Origin: Callorhinchus milii
Taxonomy: Eukaryota
Assembly: GCF_018977255.1 (NCBI RefSeq)
Contig: NW_024704742.1
Location: forward strand, 137,022,001 to 137,086,000
Length of the DNA: 64,000 bases
Direction: 5' to 3'
Shown here in pieces: positions 25,536-39,348 of this stretch; positions within the stretch are counted from its first letter, which is position 1; every line of letters starts with the position of its first letter. Under the pieces are notes generated by a model that did not search any database, was not told where the DNA came from, and saw only the letters and a list, made by a program, of their open reading frames with translations. The position numbers and the translations under genes are program-made.

Positions 25536-28215
25536 TATGTGAGCTTGAACGCTCTTACCCATCACATTTTTGCTGGCTGCATTCTATTTAAGCTTGATCT
25601 CTACTTTTTGATACAATTTGAAATTTGTACATTAGTGCTGTAGTCAAACCTAAATACAGTAAATTCCTGATAATGAAAGACTAGCTTAAATAATCATGTG
25701 GCTTAAGAATCAAGGTGTCAATATCCTGGCTGTTTCCCATGCAAAATGTGAATAAGGGACTCTGCTTAAAACCTATGCAGTTAAATTCTAGAAGTCCCAT
25801 AACATAATTAAACTAGATTGGATAAATCATCCGGCGTGAATATATATAGCACTATATAAATACAAGTTGTTGTTGTTCTCTAGTAGAATAGTTAGATCTT
25901 TAGCCTGTTGGATTTAGTTAGTTGTTTGAATTCAGTGTAGAAACTGATTTGTTCCATACGTGTGAATATGTTGAGTGAGTGAAATAATTTAAATTATCTA
26001 TGGTGGAAAACTGAATTGGACCTTGGGGAAAAAATATTTATCCAAAACTTAAACATTAGTTACTTTTATTTTCTTTCTCCAGAAAGGTAATATAGTGTTC
26101 CACCATAGGTAGTTAATGTAAATGGTCTGTTTTACTAATTCAAATATAAGCCAAGTTTGTCTGCAAATTGCCTCAGTGATCACAATATAAATATGTTTTA
26201 GGAGTTTTGGACTTTTTATTATGAGCTTTTATTATTTTATTATGAGCTTAAAACAATGATAGTTATTTTCTGATTGTGGATTTGAGTTTGCATTGAATAA
26301 TTTATCTAACTTGCTGAACTTTGAGAAAAGTATATATTTTCAAAATAAGTTTCAATCTTGTATAATCTTGCTTAAATGCTGTTTAAGATCTTTCAAATCA
26401 CCCTCTATACATATCTAACACGGGTGTTATTTTAAATTCCAAATTTCTTATGCGATTTTGTGGCATCTGTCAAAAAAATTTAAATCAGCTGTAAGAAAAT
26501 TGATATACCATCTGCTGCCTGAAATGCACCTGTTTTAGTCAGGTAAAGTGACCAGTTGCTGAACATTGCAGATGTTTTAGTTTGTTAATCAGCTCCTCTA
26601 GTATATGTACATTAGATTTTTTAAAAATGGTTTTATATGTTGCCACAACTATTTTCAAGGCATTTGGTTTATAATTATATATGGATCAGATTTGTGTTCT
26701 GCTTCTGTGCTAAGAAACTAACTAATCTTTACATTTAAATAAACTTGACTTAAGATGGTACAGAGTAGGATATTTGTATGGGATTTAAAGATCTTCAGCA
26801 CCTTTGTCATCTTCTGTTAACAAGAACAGTACTCTAATCAGACTTGATGTAAATTTACCTTTCATTGAAAAATATCTATCTTCATGGTTTGAGTGAGGAC
26901 AAGCAGCATCCAGTGAGTGTGGTGTGTTAGCTCAGTGAGTAGTTAAAGATCCAAATTTTGAGAAAATAGGCTTTTGTTTCCTGTAACATTAAGTTATAAG
27001 TTCACAGCATGCCTGCTAGATAGAAGTTGCTATTCAGTTTGAACATTCAGTTTGTGACTGGCTCAGCTAGCTTTCGTTGTTAAATAGCTCCATGATTCAT
27101 TTCAGTGTGCCTTCAATGTGAAGAATGGCCACCTTGACAAAGTGCTAGAGAGCTGCTTGTCTTTAGGGAACTGTAACACTGCATGATTTGCGGATGGAGT
27201 ATAGGGAGAAGTGCAGATTAATTTCTTAGTGGTTGCTTATTTTAACAAAACATTGGTATTCAAAATGTGAAACGTTTAAACTGTTTTTGCAGGAACGATT
27301 TTGCAATTGAACTAACCCTTGTGGGAAATCTGAAACCATTGCTGTTTATTTCTTTACCATTTATCCAGCTACTATTTCATAGATTACCATGGTGCCATTT
27401 TATTTAATCCAAATCAAAAACAGTAGTTTTCATTATCATGCAACTTCGCATATTGACAGTGAGAGAGGACATTTTTCCTTCAGTACTTTGCTGAGCAAAT
27501 TGCAATTTGCTTATGCATGAAGCATTTTGCAAATTTTCCAAACCTACTGCCTCCAAATATTTGTTCCTTAAGAAATTACAAATGAAGATTTCAAATTGGG
27601 GGCTGTGTGCTATAGGTGTAAATTGGTAACACTTCCCTGAAATTATCCTCTTGATTCCTGCGTCCAATAATGTCCTCTGATAGTTAGAGGATCAATAGAG
27701 AATAATTTGGGAGTGTATTTGTAAACTAAAATTCTTTCTCCCATCCAAATTTTCCATACTACTGATTGAATATCTTAAACCTACTAGAAATATCGAGCTC
27801 TTTTGAAGAAACCCTGGAAAGATCAGTATATTTTCTAATAAATTCTAGTCTTAATCTACATTAAGTGAGATACGTCTGTCTATAACTTTAACAATTGCTC
27901 AGGCTTTGTATTAGTAAGATCTAATCGGAAGTTAAAATTTTAATTTAGTTCATGCATGTGTGCCCCAAAAGCCATTTGTCTGTACATGTGGAGGACTTTA
28001 TCCAAAGGATAAATTGGGCAGCACCAAGTTGAATATATGTTTTAAATTGTATTCATATTTAAACTTATTTGAATAGCACTCATGGCAACATTAACTATTT
28101 ACTATCAAAGAGAGCAGTTTCAATTCCAATAAACACATCAGAAGCATTTTCAATCGTGTGTTGCCCTTATATAATTCTACCTGCAGCTGATTATGTTCAA
28201 TATTTTTTTCGTTTA

Positions 28216-28546
28216 CAGTGGACTTCCACATATCTGAAATACTCGGGACCGGAGGTATTTTGGATGTGCGAATATTTTGGATAAAGGGGGAGTTTATGGC
28301 ATAAAATGCAGTAGATTGGGCTCTAGCGACCTGAATGGGGTCTGCGCAGGGTGGGCTGGTTGTGGTGGGTGTGGTGTTTGCTCAGAGGATCTCCGAGCTG
28401 GGTGATGGCTGCTTTCCTCATGTTTGTCCAATGTGAGAGGCTGTGGCGACCAGAGGGAGCGCAATGTGCTGGAGCAAGTGAGAAGCAGCGGCTGAACCAG
28501 GTAGGTGTCGCGGATAACTGAGTGTTGGATACGCGGAAGTCTACTG
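28216..28546. mobile_element. Tc1/mariner (Tigger/pogo-like) MITE
   Basis: TA|CAGTGGACTTCCACATATCTG at left, GGATACGCGGAAGTCTACTG|gTA at right: imperfect TIRs with CAGT termini and TA flanks. Confidence 0.7.
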
Positions 28547-28866
28547 GTATTTCTTTTGGGTGAAGGGTAAGGAAAAGCACAGTGCTTTCCTACCTTTGAG
28601 AAAACTTGCTCACGCGTGCTCTTTGAAAAATGTCTCTCTCATTCCTGTTATGTATGGTAAACCATTGTGTGACTTTGCATGGTAAGTTGAAGGAAAATTT
28701 GCATGCCATTCTCCATTATTCTAGTGACATTGTTTGTTTTTGTGAAACCTTGCTATTCATTTGACAGAGGTTCCTTTTTATGTTTGTCTACATGTATGAT
28801 CCTCCATTAGTTTTTCACTACACTATGCCCATGTTTACCCAATTTTCTTTTCTAATTTATGCACAG

Positions 28867-28956
28867 CACATGCTCTGAAATTTGGGGACTGAGTTCACCT
28901 GGTACAGTAGATCAGTGGGATACAACAGGCCTTTACAGCTTTCCTGAGCAAACCAG
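28867..28956 (+). CDS. SMAD2: SMAD2 exon 3 (90-nt cassette encoding the SMAD2-specific MH1 insert)
   Basis: ttttctaatttatgcacag|CACATGC...ACCAG|gtgaat; translates (S)TCSEIWGLSSPGTVDQWDTTGLYSFPEQT(R), matching the vertebrate SMAD2 E3 insert; phase 2-2. Not in the ORF track. Confidence 0.96.
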
Positions 28957-30264
28957 GTGAATATACAGCGACTAAAAGCTCTGTTCTTTCACATAGTAGG
29001 ATGCTGGGATTAATTGGTGGGTTGTTGGGTCATTTCTGAACTGTCAGTATTATTTGAAATATACCTTATTGTCTTGTTAGCTATATTTTTAATTTGTATC
29101 ATTGATTTTAAAAGGATTATTTTAGCTTCATATTGTTTTGCCAGATTAATCTTATAACAATATTTTGTTTCGTTAGTTGGTTTACAGGGAAATGAATAGG
29201 AAATCATTTAAAATGAGTTAATTTAGTTACAAGGAAAGATAATCGATATATTAAGAGTTGAGGTTTTTTTTATACTTCGTTAGTAAGTTGCTAAAGACCC
29301 CATTATTCTTTAAAAGATTTTCCATTTCTTATAGCTTTCATTTCCTGCATACTTTTGCTTAAGAGCTTACATTTTCAATGAATGGAGTTGGAGTTCTGAC
29401 GATTCAGAAAGCATACCAGTTTTTTAATATAACAAAATTAGCTAAATTTTGTTGAGAACTTCCAGAGTAAAAATGTGTTTTGAGCTCAGGCAATACACTC
29501 GAGTGTTCTATCACTGTCTCTAAGTAAGGCAATAAATTGCTGTGTGTGTGGTGCAATTATACGATCAATATTTATTCCCTACGGCAATGAATAGTCCACC
29601 AGGTATCTTTGGAAGTCTCTGCTCTGTGAGGAAGGAACCATTTTGCTTATTTAGATCAACATCGGCAGCTCGGTTGGTCTTTTCTAAGCCAGAAGACTTT
29701 TCTAGGTCAGAAGACTACTCATGTCTGGACAAGCTCATAGACGCTCCATTTCAGTACTGGAGGGTGCAACATTTTCAAAGTTGTTGCCTTCTGGATGGAT
29801 GAGTTATTAGATCGGGTTCTGATTTATCTGTTCAGATCCCACGGCAAAGGGAAGGGAGTTTCTCCTGGTGTCTTCGTCAACATGCCTCTGATTGTTTATT
29901 GATTTCCTAGCTGTTTATATGACCTTACCAAAATTGTGGCTAGGTGAGATATCAAAATTCTCTGCCATTCATTTTAGATGCTGTTCTTGCAGCTTAAGAT
30001 AGAAGAGTGAGTGAACTCCACCATATCATACCTACCTAGTCTGATGCATGCCAATCTTCCTAAAAAAAATCTACATCTTTAACTGCGCCTGCTGTCACAC
30101 CCCCTCCTCCCCCCCCCAGACACTTAGTTATTTGATGTGTAACCCACCTTTGTGAAGTTGTCGATCGTTAGTCTACTTGAAGAGTACTGTATAAATGCAT
30201 GTTGTTTCCAAGTCTCTGTCTATCAGTGTTACTCTTCAGTCAGTTAAGGTGACACAGTGCGAAT

Positions 30265-30360
30265 CATACTACTACTAATAATAATGCTACTAATAATACT
30301 ACTAATAATAATTCTACTACTAATAATACTACTACTAATAATACTAGTACTAATAATAAT
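30265..30360. repeat. Compound (TAC)n/(TAA)n microsatellite grown from a SINE tail
   Basis: Alternating ACT and AAT blocks contiguous with the SINE tail. Confidence 0.9.
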
Positions 30361-30729
30361 CCTTGCATTTGATATAGCGCTTTTCACATCTTCTAGACGT
30401 CTCAGAGCGCTTTGGGAATATACTGTAAAGTCAATTGACTGTATATTTGTGGGCAAAATGCAACAGCCAGTTGCGCTCAGCAGTGTCCCACAAACAGACC
30501 CACAAACAGTCATGGACTGAGTGACCATTTTCTGGGATAACTTTTTTTGAGGGTTTATTATCCCCGGAAAAACGATCTGCCAATTGATAACAACTGGGTT
30601 CCTACTTACTGCTAAGTAAACAGGTGTGTGGAGTGGAGTAAGGAAACTTGTCCAACATTTCGTCCTTTTAGGAATTGAACACAGCTCTCGTGCGAGGCGA
30701 GTGCTCTTAACCACTGAGCTACAGGACTC
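30352..30729 (-). mobile_element. SINE family A, full length
   Basis: Tail ccttgcatttgatatagcgc, core cagtgtcccacaaacag, head ccactgagctacaggactc. Confidence 0.9.
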
Positions 30730-33187
30730 GAACAATTTAGTCCACATTTTACATTACAATTTAGTCCATGTTTCATGTAGACCCAATGTCTTTTGTGCAT
30801 ATCTCAAGTAAAGAATTGCTATATTTCACATTGGTAGGTGAGTCGTCAGTCATTCTGTCCGTTTTCTGGAACTCTACCCCAGAGACCCTATGAGCAAAAA
30901 AAATCTTCAAATGAAAAGTTTCACCACAGTAGCTGATTGTTGCAGTGGAGGAAGGTCTCTGTCCTGGTTACCATCTCTTCCCTAGAAAAAGAATGTGCAT
31001 TTTGTTTACTTACCCATCTCAGGAACTGAATTACCGATAAAGAATAGACTCATTGCCAAGCTTGTCACCTTAACTTAAACGTGTAGAATTCTTGAAAGTG
31101 CTGCTTATTTGGGTCCTATAGAACCATAGGTCTAGGAAACGTTTTATTTCTGGTCTTTGTATTTTGTACAAAGATGGAGTGGGGCAGATGTCTTTAGCTC
31201 ATTGTATACTGACAACAAGATCCTGAATTTTATTAACACAGATGATGAAATCTCAAGATTTTGCTGCTGTTAATCTAAAAAAATTCATCTCCACACGATG
31301 ATCAGAGAATTGCTACATTCTACATAGTCTTGTTTTGGCAGATCGGTTGGTTATACATACAATATCCAGTAGTGTTCCTTTAAGCAGCTTGAGTACCTAT
31401 TCCTATTGAAAAGATAGATATATCTTTCTGTCATAGATTTCACCCTGCCTAAGCAAAGGTTATCTTGCTAAAAGGTTATCTATACTATTTGACCCTTGCC
31501 TCCACGTAGGCAAGTCCCTGAGTAGCATCAAGATATTTCTGCACTTTATTTGGCATACCTAACTGAATAGCTATTTCCTGTTCCTACGTTCCTTAGACCC
31601 AGTGGTTCCAATTCCCATTATTTTTGAAAACATTACCTCAACTGCATTCCAGGGCTATCCATGAACAGCATTCCTCATGCTCATAATTATGCAGTCTGTC
31701 AACGTTAGTTACTCGACCTATGTCAGTATTCACAACAAAATGTTCCTGAGCCTGGGATGTAAATCAGTGTATTATCTTCAAAGAAGGAACACTATAGGAA
31801 CACTGCACTGTAATTGCAAGATGCGTGAGTCTTACGAGTAGCTGATACCTTCTCAAAGGATAGGGTCCATTTCAAGAGCTCTTGATGTAGTTCTCGCAAT
31901 AACCAGGAACTTGTAAATGGGTTCTGTCGTGAGCAAGGGAAGAAGGGACTGCGTTCAGCTTGCTTAATGTTAGATTTTTTTCATTGGTTATGCCGAAATC
32001 TCAAGACATTTTGTCTCCTAAGCTTCTCTGAGGTGCGGTTCATTGGAGACAGCCAAGCCTCACAGATGAACTCTCCAGGGATAGTTTCTAGAGTGGAGCT
32101 TCATAGTAACATCACAAATTGAGGTTCCCTCGAACCAATTCCCATTTGCAACCAACTAGACCACCCGCACTCTCACATTAGCTGATTACATAGCAGCAAC
32201 TATGGAGCAATAACAGTTATGAATGGACAAATGCTATATATCGCCTTTTGTGTCACCCATTACCAAATAATATCTCGGTGTGTAAGATAGGATAAGGATT
32301 TGTAACTGGAAATCTATTCAGTTACTAATATTACGCTCATAAGCACAAGACAATTTTGCAAATAGTTGCAAATAGAAACAGGAGCATTCAGTTTCTGATC
32401 CTTTTTCATAGCATAGGTAAAAAGATTTGATATTATTTTTTAAATACGGGTCTTAAATCAACTCTATTCAAATCATGCTTGTACAGCTGGTTGGTTAGCA
32501 ATTTCTCTCCCTCAGGGAATAATCTTTGAATGAGAGTTTTCTCAGAGCCCTGTGTTTACTGGAACTAACACAATCCCTGTGTTCGTTAAACCACAGTTAA
32601 CCCTCTATCCCAGCCTTGTCTTACAACTGTGTCTATAGTGTTCCTTTTAAGCTGAATAATTCATTGATTTATTGACTGGCTCTTAAATATGACCTGTCAG
32701 AATCACTGCTGATGAATGAGGCCCAAGTGAGCAAATGCAAAGTGAGGAGAAAGCTTTCACTTGGCAGCTACATTAAATGTCCCTTGTGTTTCTTACGAGT
32801 TCAGAAATACTGTTGTTTACAACTGGTGAGGAGGCTTGCAATTTATAAGGTGGGAATGATATATTTTGCATGCTTGTTAAAATTTATCACCAAGCTGTTT
32901 TCATCTGCTCAAAGCTAAGCCAGTCAGCAGCTTCAGAGCAGAGCCTGATCTTGCATTCAATTTCCAAAATAAGCCATTACACAAGTTGTGTGGCAAGACA
33001 GAAAGGCCCAAGACTCTGTTCACCTGGTATGTATAGCCAGATTAGGTGAAGGATTGTACCATTACCTGCTTATCAGCGTCTTATTTGCCTTGAAGATGTC
33101 CACTCGAATGGGCTAAGAGAGAGGACTGACTTGCTTAGTTTTTGGCTCTAGGGAATTTTTTCAACACAAATGGTAAACCTGTAGCTC

Positions 33188-33484
33188 GTGGAGTCCTGTA
33201 GCTCAGTGATTGAGCGCTCGCTTTGCAAGCGAGAGACCTGGGTTCGATCCCCGGCAGGGTGAAACCTTGGGCAAGTTTCCTTACACCACATGCCTGATAA
33301 TAATCCCTCAAAAAAGCAATAATAAATTGGTCACTTCAATCCACGACTGTTTGTGGGACACTGCTGTCGCATTTGCCCACAAATATACAGTCAATTCACT
33401 TTACAGTCTTCTGTGAAGCGCTTTGAGACATCTAGAAGACGTGAAAAGTGCTATATCAAATGCAAGAATTATTATTATTAATAA
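33188..33484 (+). mobile_element. SINE family A, full length
   Basis: gtggagtcctgtagctcagtg...ggttcgatccccgg (B box)...gctatatcaaatgcaaga(att)n. Confidence 0.9.
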
Positions 33485-34619
33485 TTCTTGGTTCAACACA
33501 GTAGAATACTATGGCTTTTCAAGATCAGGTTCACCAAGAAAAACTTCACAACCTCTGTGATTGAAGTACTATCCTGGTCTTTCGGAAGTCTCAACGCTGA
33601 ATACATCAATGGGAAATGAAAGCCATTTATTGTGAATGACAGCTGTAACTCTCGGATACAGTCTAGCTACCATCTCACATCACTGAATTCCTCCTCACCT
33701 AATCTGATGGATAAATTCCATTTAGAAACGCTGTTCAGATGCCATTCATTCATGAATTTGAATTTGCTTTTGAGAAAACTGATGTTCTATGTTCTCCTGA
33801 GGTGTTAAAATTGTACTCTACTGTTTGTTAGCTCTTATGTTAGTACATTATATAGGATCAGTGCATTATATAGGATATGTTTTGCTGCTCTTTATTTCAG
33901 CTGAGGTTATTCATCCATTTACATATCTCCCATACTTGAATTTGGAAACAAATCAATCATTCACCTCCTGGCTACTTGTGGAACTTTGCTGTCTGCAAAT
34001 TAGCTACCGAGTTTGCTTAAAAATAGTCGCTACACTTAACATTACAAATGGTGTACCAAATCCAGAAATTATTATAACTTTAGATTTCTGTTTAGAGATA
34101 ATTTATTAAACTCAGCTCTTATGTTCTGAAATAGCTTTAGATAACCCACTTAGTAAATACACAAAGAATGTACACGTTATAAGTTAAAATCACTCGGAGA
34201 GATTCTTTTATTGTATAGTTTATGTATACTTATACAATGAAGAAGGATAATGTGGTTGTAGCATTTCAAAGATGCTCAACGTCCACAGTCAAAGCCGCCA
34301 TACAGCCTCCCTCAGTTACTCTCCCTGACTTGGTTCTGCTTGGAACTATTGAGTGTAAATTTACTATTCCACTGCTTCTGGTATAATTTGGTCTTGTCTC
34401 TCACTATAGTAGAATTCTGTTTTTCTAAACTCATTTTGTTCCTTATTTAAGCACAACCATTTGCACAAAACTGCTGTCCTCTTTTATCATGAGTAGCAAT
34501 GGTGGTGTAAACATTTTTGAGAGGGATAATATTGTGTGGTAACTCAGGAAGAAATGTAAGACTGGAGAGTTGTATTGCTATTTGCACCTCTTGCTCTTAA
34601 TGTATATACATGATCTATT

Positions 34620-35950
34620 TGGGAGTATAGGGTCATAATATTTGCAGACCTAAAATTAGGGAGTGTGGCTAGCAGCAAAGAGGACAAAACATTTTCACGA
34701 GGACATGGCCAGATTAATGAATTAGGCAGGTAGATGGCAGAAGCAATTTAATGCAGAGAAGTATGATGATTCACTGAGGTAAAAGACGAAAAGAGATGTT
34801 ATTAAATGGTAAAGTTTAAAATGAGTGGAAGAGCAGAGTTCAAGGGGTAACCAGATACACTATTAAAAGAGAATCAAATTGATGAAGTATTTTTTAAAAG
34901 AGTATACTTGGAGTAGAATACAAAAACAAAGGGGGTAATGCTAAACCTGTACAAGTTCTTGTTCTGGCTGAAGTTGAGCACTAGGGCTAGTTCTGGTTGT
35001 CCCACTTGAGGATGTCAAGGCCATGCAGAGACGATAGAGAAGATCCACAGATTGTACTTGGGTTGTGCAGAACTAAATCGGTGGGAGGAGCAAGGGGAGG
35101 CTGTATTGTGCCTCAAATTCACCCCAAAATTTGGCAACTTTGGCATCTGAGATCCTCAGCACTTTCCTACCCCACATTCCGTCCCTGAGGGCTGGTTTCC
35201 TCCACCTCTGCAACATTGCCTGCATCCAACCCTTTCTCGCACTAAATGCTCCTGAAACTTTCATTCATGTATTTGTCACCTCCCACTTTGATTTCTCAAA
35301 TGCACTCCTCGCTGATCTCCCAATTCACCTATCAATAGGGTCCAGCTAATGGAAACCTCTGCCACCCAAAGCTTCATCCACACCTAACTATGTCAATCTG
35401 CACCCCACCCCCAATACTCAGCAAGGTTCTGGCTACCTAGTTCCCAATGGATTGATTTCAAGATCTTCATCTTTGGATTACAAATCCCTTCTCTGACCTG
35501 CTTGTACCTCACTCCTTTGCCTCTGCCCCTTTGCTCAACAACTCAGGCTTGTCTCCTGACTGGTCTCCTGACTTGCCTCCAGCCACGACACCAAATCTTT
35601 GGAACTCTCTGCCTCAATCATTCCCTTTCTCCCCATCTTTAAATCCCATCTCTTATACCTTCCTGTGGTCACCAGGGCTCCTCTTCTCTCCTGCTTGCTG
35701 TCAGACTGTACTCCACTGATTATAGACTGTGTAAATAGCAGTATATAACTAGAAGGTGAACAAGGGATGCCTTAATAAAAACTGCTTGAAGCTGAATCCA
35801 AATTATCAAATTAAAATGATTTTTTTCTCTTATCAGAAAAGAAACATATGAAGGCTATGAAGCAAGGGAATGGGATTCACTGGATAGTGAGCCAGCAAAG
35901 CTGGGCTGGGCTGATTGGCCAAATACTGTGCTGAAAAATCTTTGATTCTA
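34620..35950 (+). mobile_element. Old CR1 fragment interrupted by a decayed L2 fragment (about 35090-35760)
   Basis: CR1-like tttgcaga..ctaaaattaggga...tggcagaagcaatttaatgcagagaagt; inner piece translates APETFIHVFVTSHFDFSNALLADLP (L2 ORF2-like). Confidence 0.6.
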
Positions 35951-38900
35951 GTTAGTCAGAGGGGATTTTAAAGTTACTGAAGTGAGGTGAGAGGTTAGCT
36001 CGGTTACAGAACTTTTTGTGACAGGAATGAGGAAACCACATCCCGACCTCACAAAGTTTCAGCGTTCTATCCCAAAGCAATATTTCACCCATCACCAAAA
36101 GCAAGATTTTCACTTTGTTGATGAAATGTATTGTAATTAAATAGCTTCCCTCCCCCAATCCTTTTCATTAATATTTTTTATGCATGGAGTTGAAGTAAGG
36201 GCACCAAGAGGTAAGAGATGTTGTTGCTTACAGAAGGAGGGAGGTAGCATTTGACCCAAGAAACTCATGCCACATCTCCAGACAGTCAAAACAGAAGGCC
36301 TTAACCCAATGTATGACTCTGTAGACTGCCTTTGCAGAGCTGAACATCCACTTTTACTCTTTCCCCCCTTTTATTTCTCCCTCTTTAGTTTTTGAAATTT
36401 TCTTTATTTCCGTGCAACTCTAATTGTATATATAAATGTCTGTTCCTCCTTAAATCTAAAATTAATCCTCAAACTCTCAATTAATTGGCTATTAATCTTT
36501 TTTATTGAATGTTGCTGATGTGTTTGCATGCATAACATTCACTTATTAGAGTAACAATCGTTGCCTTTGACATAGTCCCTTATTATGTGGTTAAGGTGTC
36601 TCAAAGTATTTCATAGCATGTACTATAAGTGACTGTATTTTGTGGGTGAATGTTGCAGCCAATGGGTGCACAGCATTGATCCACAAACAGCCATGAAGTG
36701 AGCGACCAATTTTTAGTTTGGTGGTTGTTGGCCAGTATACTGGGAGAAACTCCCTTCTCTTTTCAAGCAGTAACATGGTTCAGCTCCATCTGAACATGCA
36801 GTTTAATGGAACCTCAGTTTAATGTCTCATCTGAAGGATGGACTCCGACACTGTAACATACGCCCACAATTATACTAGTGTGTGCATGGACTATATGGGT
36901 TTCAAGTACTAAAGTGGGGCTTGAACTCAAACGACTCGGGCGTGAATGATACCACTTTTAATCGTTTTGTGAAACCGTTTCAGACCTAGGAGTAGGAAAT
37001 TTGTGAAGGTGGGATCCGTGGAATTTTCAGCTTGGACTGGATACTCTTAAGTATGCTGATGGGTTTCCTCATAGTGTCAAATACCCGGTGACCAAAAAAA
37101 GTTGTACATTTCTCAATTACATTTGCAAAGCGCTTTGAGATTTTTTATTTCTGTAAATGCAAGTTGAGTAAAACGGCTTACATTTCTGAATAGATTAATT
37201 TTGACAACCTAATGCTGAAAAACAATTCTCAATTTGAATACAACTATTTCCTGTATTTGCCCATGTTTTTCCTTCTCTTCCCCGTTTTAACCGTTTATTA
37301 CTATTTTCTACCTATTTCTACCTAGAGCCCATTATTTTCCCAATGCATTTCTTCTCTCTGTCTATCTTTGGATGGTCTGGGGAAGGTTTAAATGGGTTTA
37401 CAATGTCGATTGTGATATTCCATTGAATTTTCACCAATGAATCAGGAGATGTGGCACAGAACTGGACTGCACAGTCAATACCAATTGATGATACATGTGT
37501 GTCTAAGGCTGTGATCTAATGGCATTGACCATACGGCGATATTTTTATATTGGCGAAGTTACTGCAATCTCAGTATTAATAACAATTTTCCAAATATTGA
37601 CGCGAGAGAATTCTACAAACAAATTGGAAAATTTTATTAACTCAACATTGAGCTCCAATCTTAAACTGAAAAAGTTCAAGCAAGTCCGAGCACTCTACTT
37701 TCAATATTCAAGTAAGGTGCTATATGGATTTGGGATACCTGTCTTAGGTGGAAGAAATTTCAGGTCTCCGTGAAACAGAGAGTGGCAACTCTTACACTCC
37801 CACACCTTATTTTCATAGCAATAAGGGGGTTAGATTGACTGGAGAAAATGCCAATCGTTGCAAAAAATGCAGTCCTCAAAAGGAATGCAGTAGATACGTG
37901 GTTTGAGAACCTTGCTAGTCTAATCAGTTTCTTGAACTCTTGTTCACCTTGTTGCAATTACAACCCAAAATTGTACAGAATTCAAACTTACTATTGATCT
38001 AGGTCTACTTTGGGATGTGAAATTCATGTTTTCAGTAACCCAATTTCAACCCGACATGATTAAATATGAACAAATCTGAGATTAAAATTAAATCAATTGG
38101 AGATTTGGTAGAGACGTTATAGAAGTTGACAGTGAAACTGTTTTAACCAGCTTCTTTTTGTTTGAAATAACCTCAGAATGAGATGAAAATTCTATTTAAT
38201 TGAGTTCCTGCATCTACAAGAGTAGCAGATGGAAACTGAAGTTGGGGAGTGGGGTGGGAGTCAAGAAAGAGAGAAGCTCTGTGAAAACTATCAGTGGTTA
38301 TATGACCTCCTATATTTTCTGAATCTAAGCAACCATGCACAAAAGCCCTTTGGTAATGTTTAGACTGATGTAACTATTCCTGGATCCTGTTTACAGTCTT
38401 CTATTGTGTGTGGGTGGGGGTGAGGTGGTGTGTGTGTGTGTGTACCTCTCTCTGTCTCTCACTGTTGTCGTCCCCCCATTTACCTTAAAAAAAATATATT
38501 TTTTGATTCCAAGAGAAATGTCTTAATGATTGAATATTAAACCAGAAAAAGTTTGTTTTATGACTTTTTTCTGTAGTAATACAGGACCAAGGGATTGACC
38601 ACCGCACTGAGCTCTAGGGGAGCGATTGTTCTGTGACACATAATTAAAAGTACATTTTATTTGTGTGTTCCTCCATATTAAAATGTAAAATTGCCTTGTC
38701 TACAGGCTGGTGACTAATGGGATTACGAATCGCTGTAGTAAGGTCTTTTAGAAAACTTGAAATAATAAAATGGATGCAGTCAACTAACAGCGATAAAAGC
38801 TTTGAACATAGATAAAATGAGTCAGCTTTCAGTAAGAAATGGTCTGATACTCAAACCTCTCGTCACCTCTAGCTGTATCACAGCATTCTGTGATTTCATT

Positions 38901-39084
38901 GAATTCTAAACTGAAAGAAATGTACTAATTCCACTCCCTCGTTGACACCCAGACATTATGAGTAAAGGTCATCTATTGATTCTTGAGCCTTCAGCATTTA
39001 TTTACTGATGAAATGTATATTATTAAATGGGTTGATTTGTTGAATGTAGCATTAAAACTAAATCGGTAACTTGATGCACTTTAA

Positions 39085-39327
<243 letters not shown>

Positions 39328-39348
39328 TAGTAGTTTAAAGAAGTACGA

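Noticed and set aside
1..28866. SMAD2 exon 2 (MSSILPFTPP...KCVTIP) or another host gene
   Set aside because: No matching sequence found by eye or in the ORF track. Exons 3-11 total 1168 nt, so the start exon most likely lies upstream of the window.
30244..30747. Hydrophobic Ile/Leu-rich ORFs resembling membrane peptides
   Set aside because: Translation of the trinucleotide microsatellite plus SINE.
33188..33265. tRNA genes (A/B boxes, cloverleaf-like) here and at other copies
   Set aside because: Each continues into the shared SINE core and tail and is diverged; these are SINE heads.
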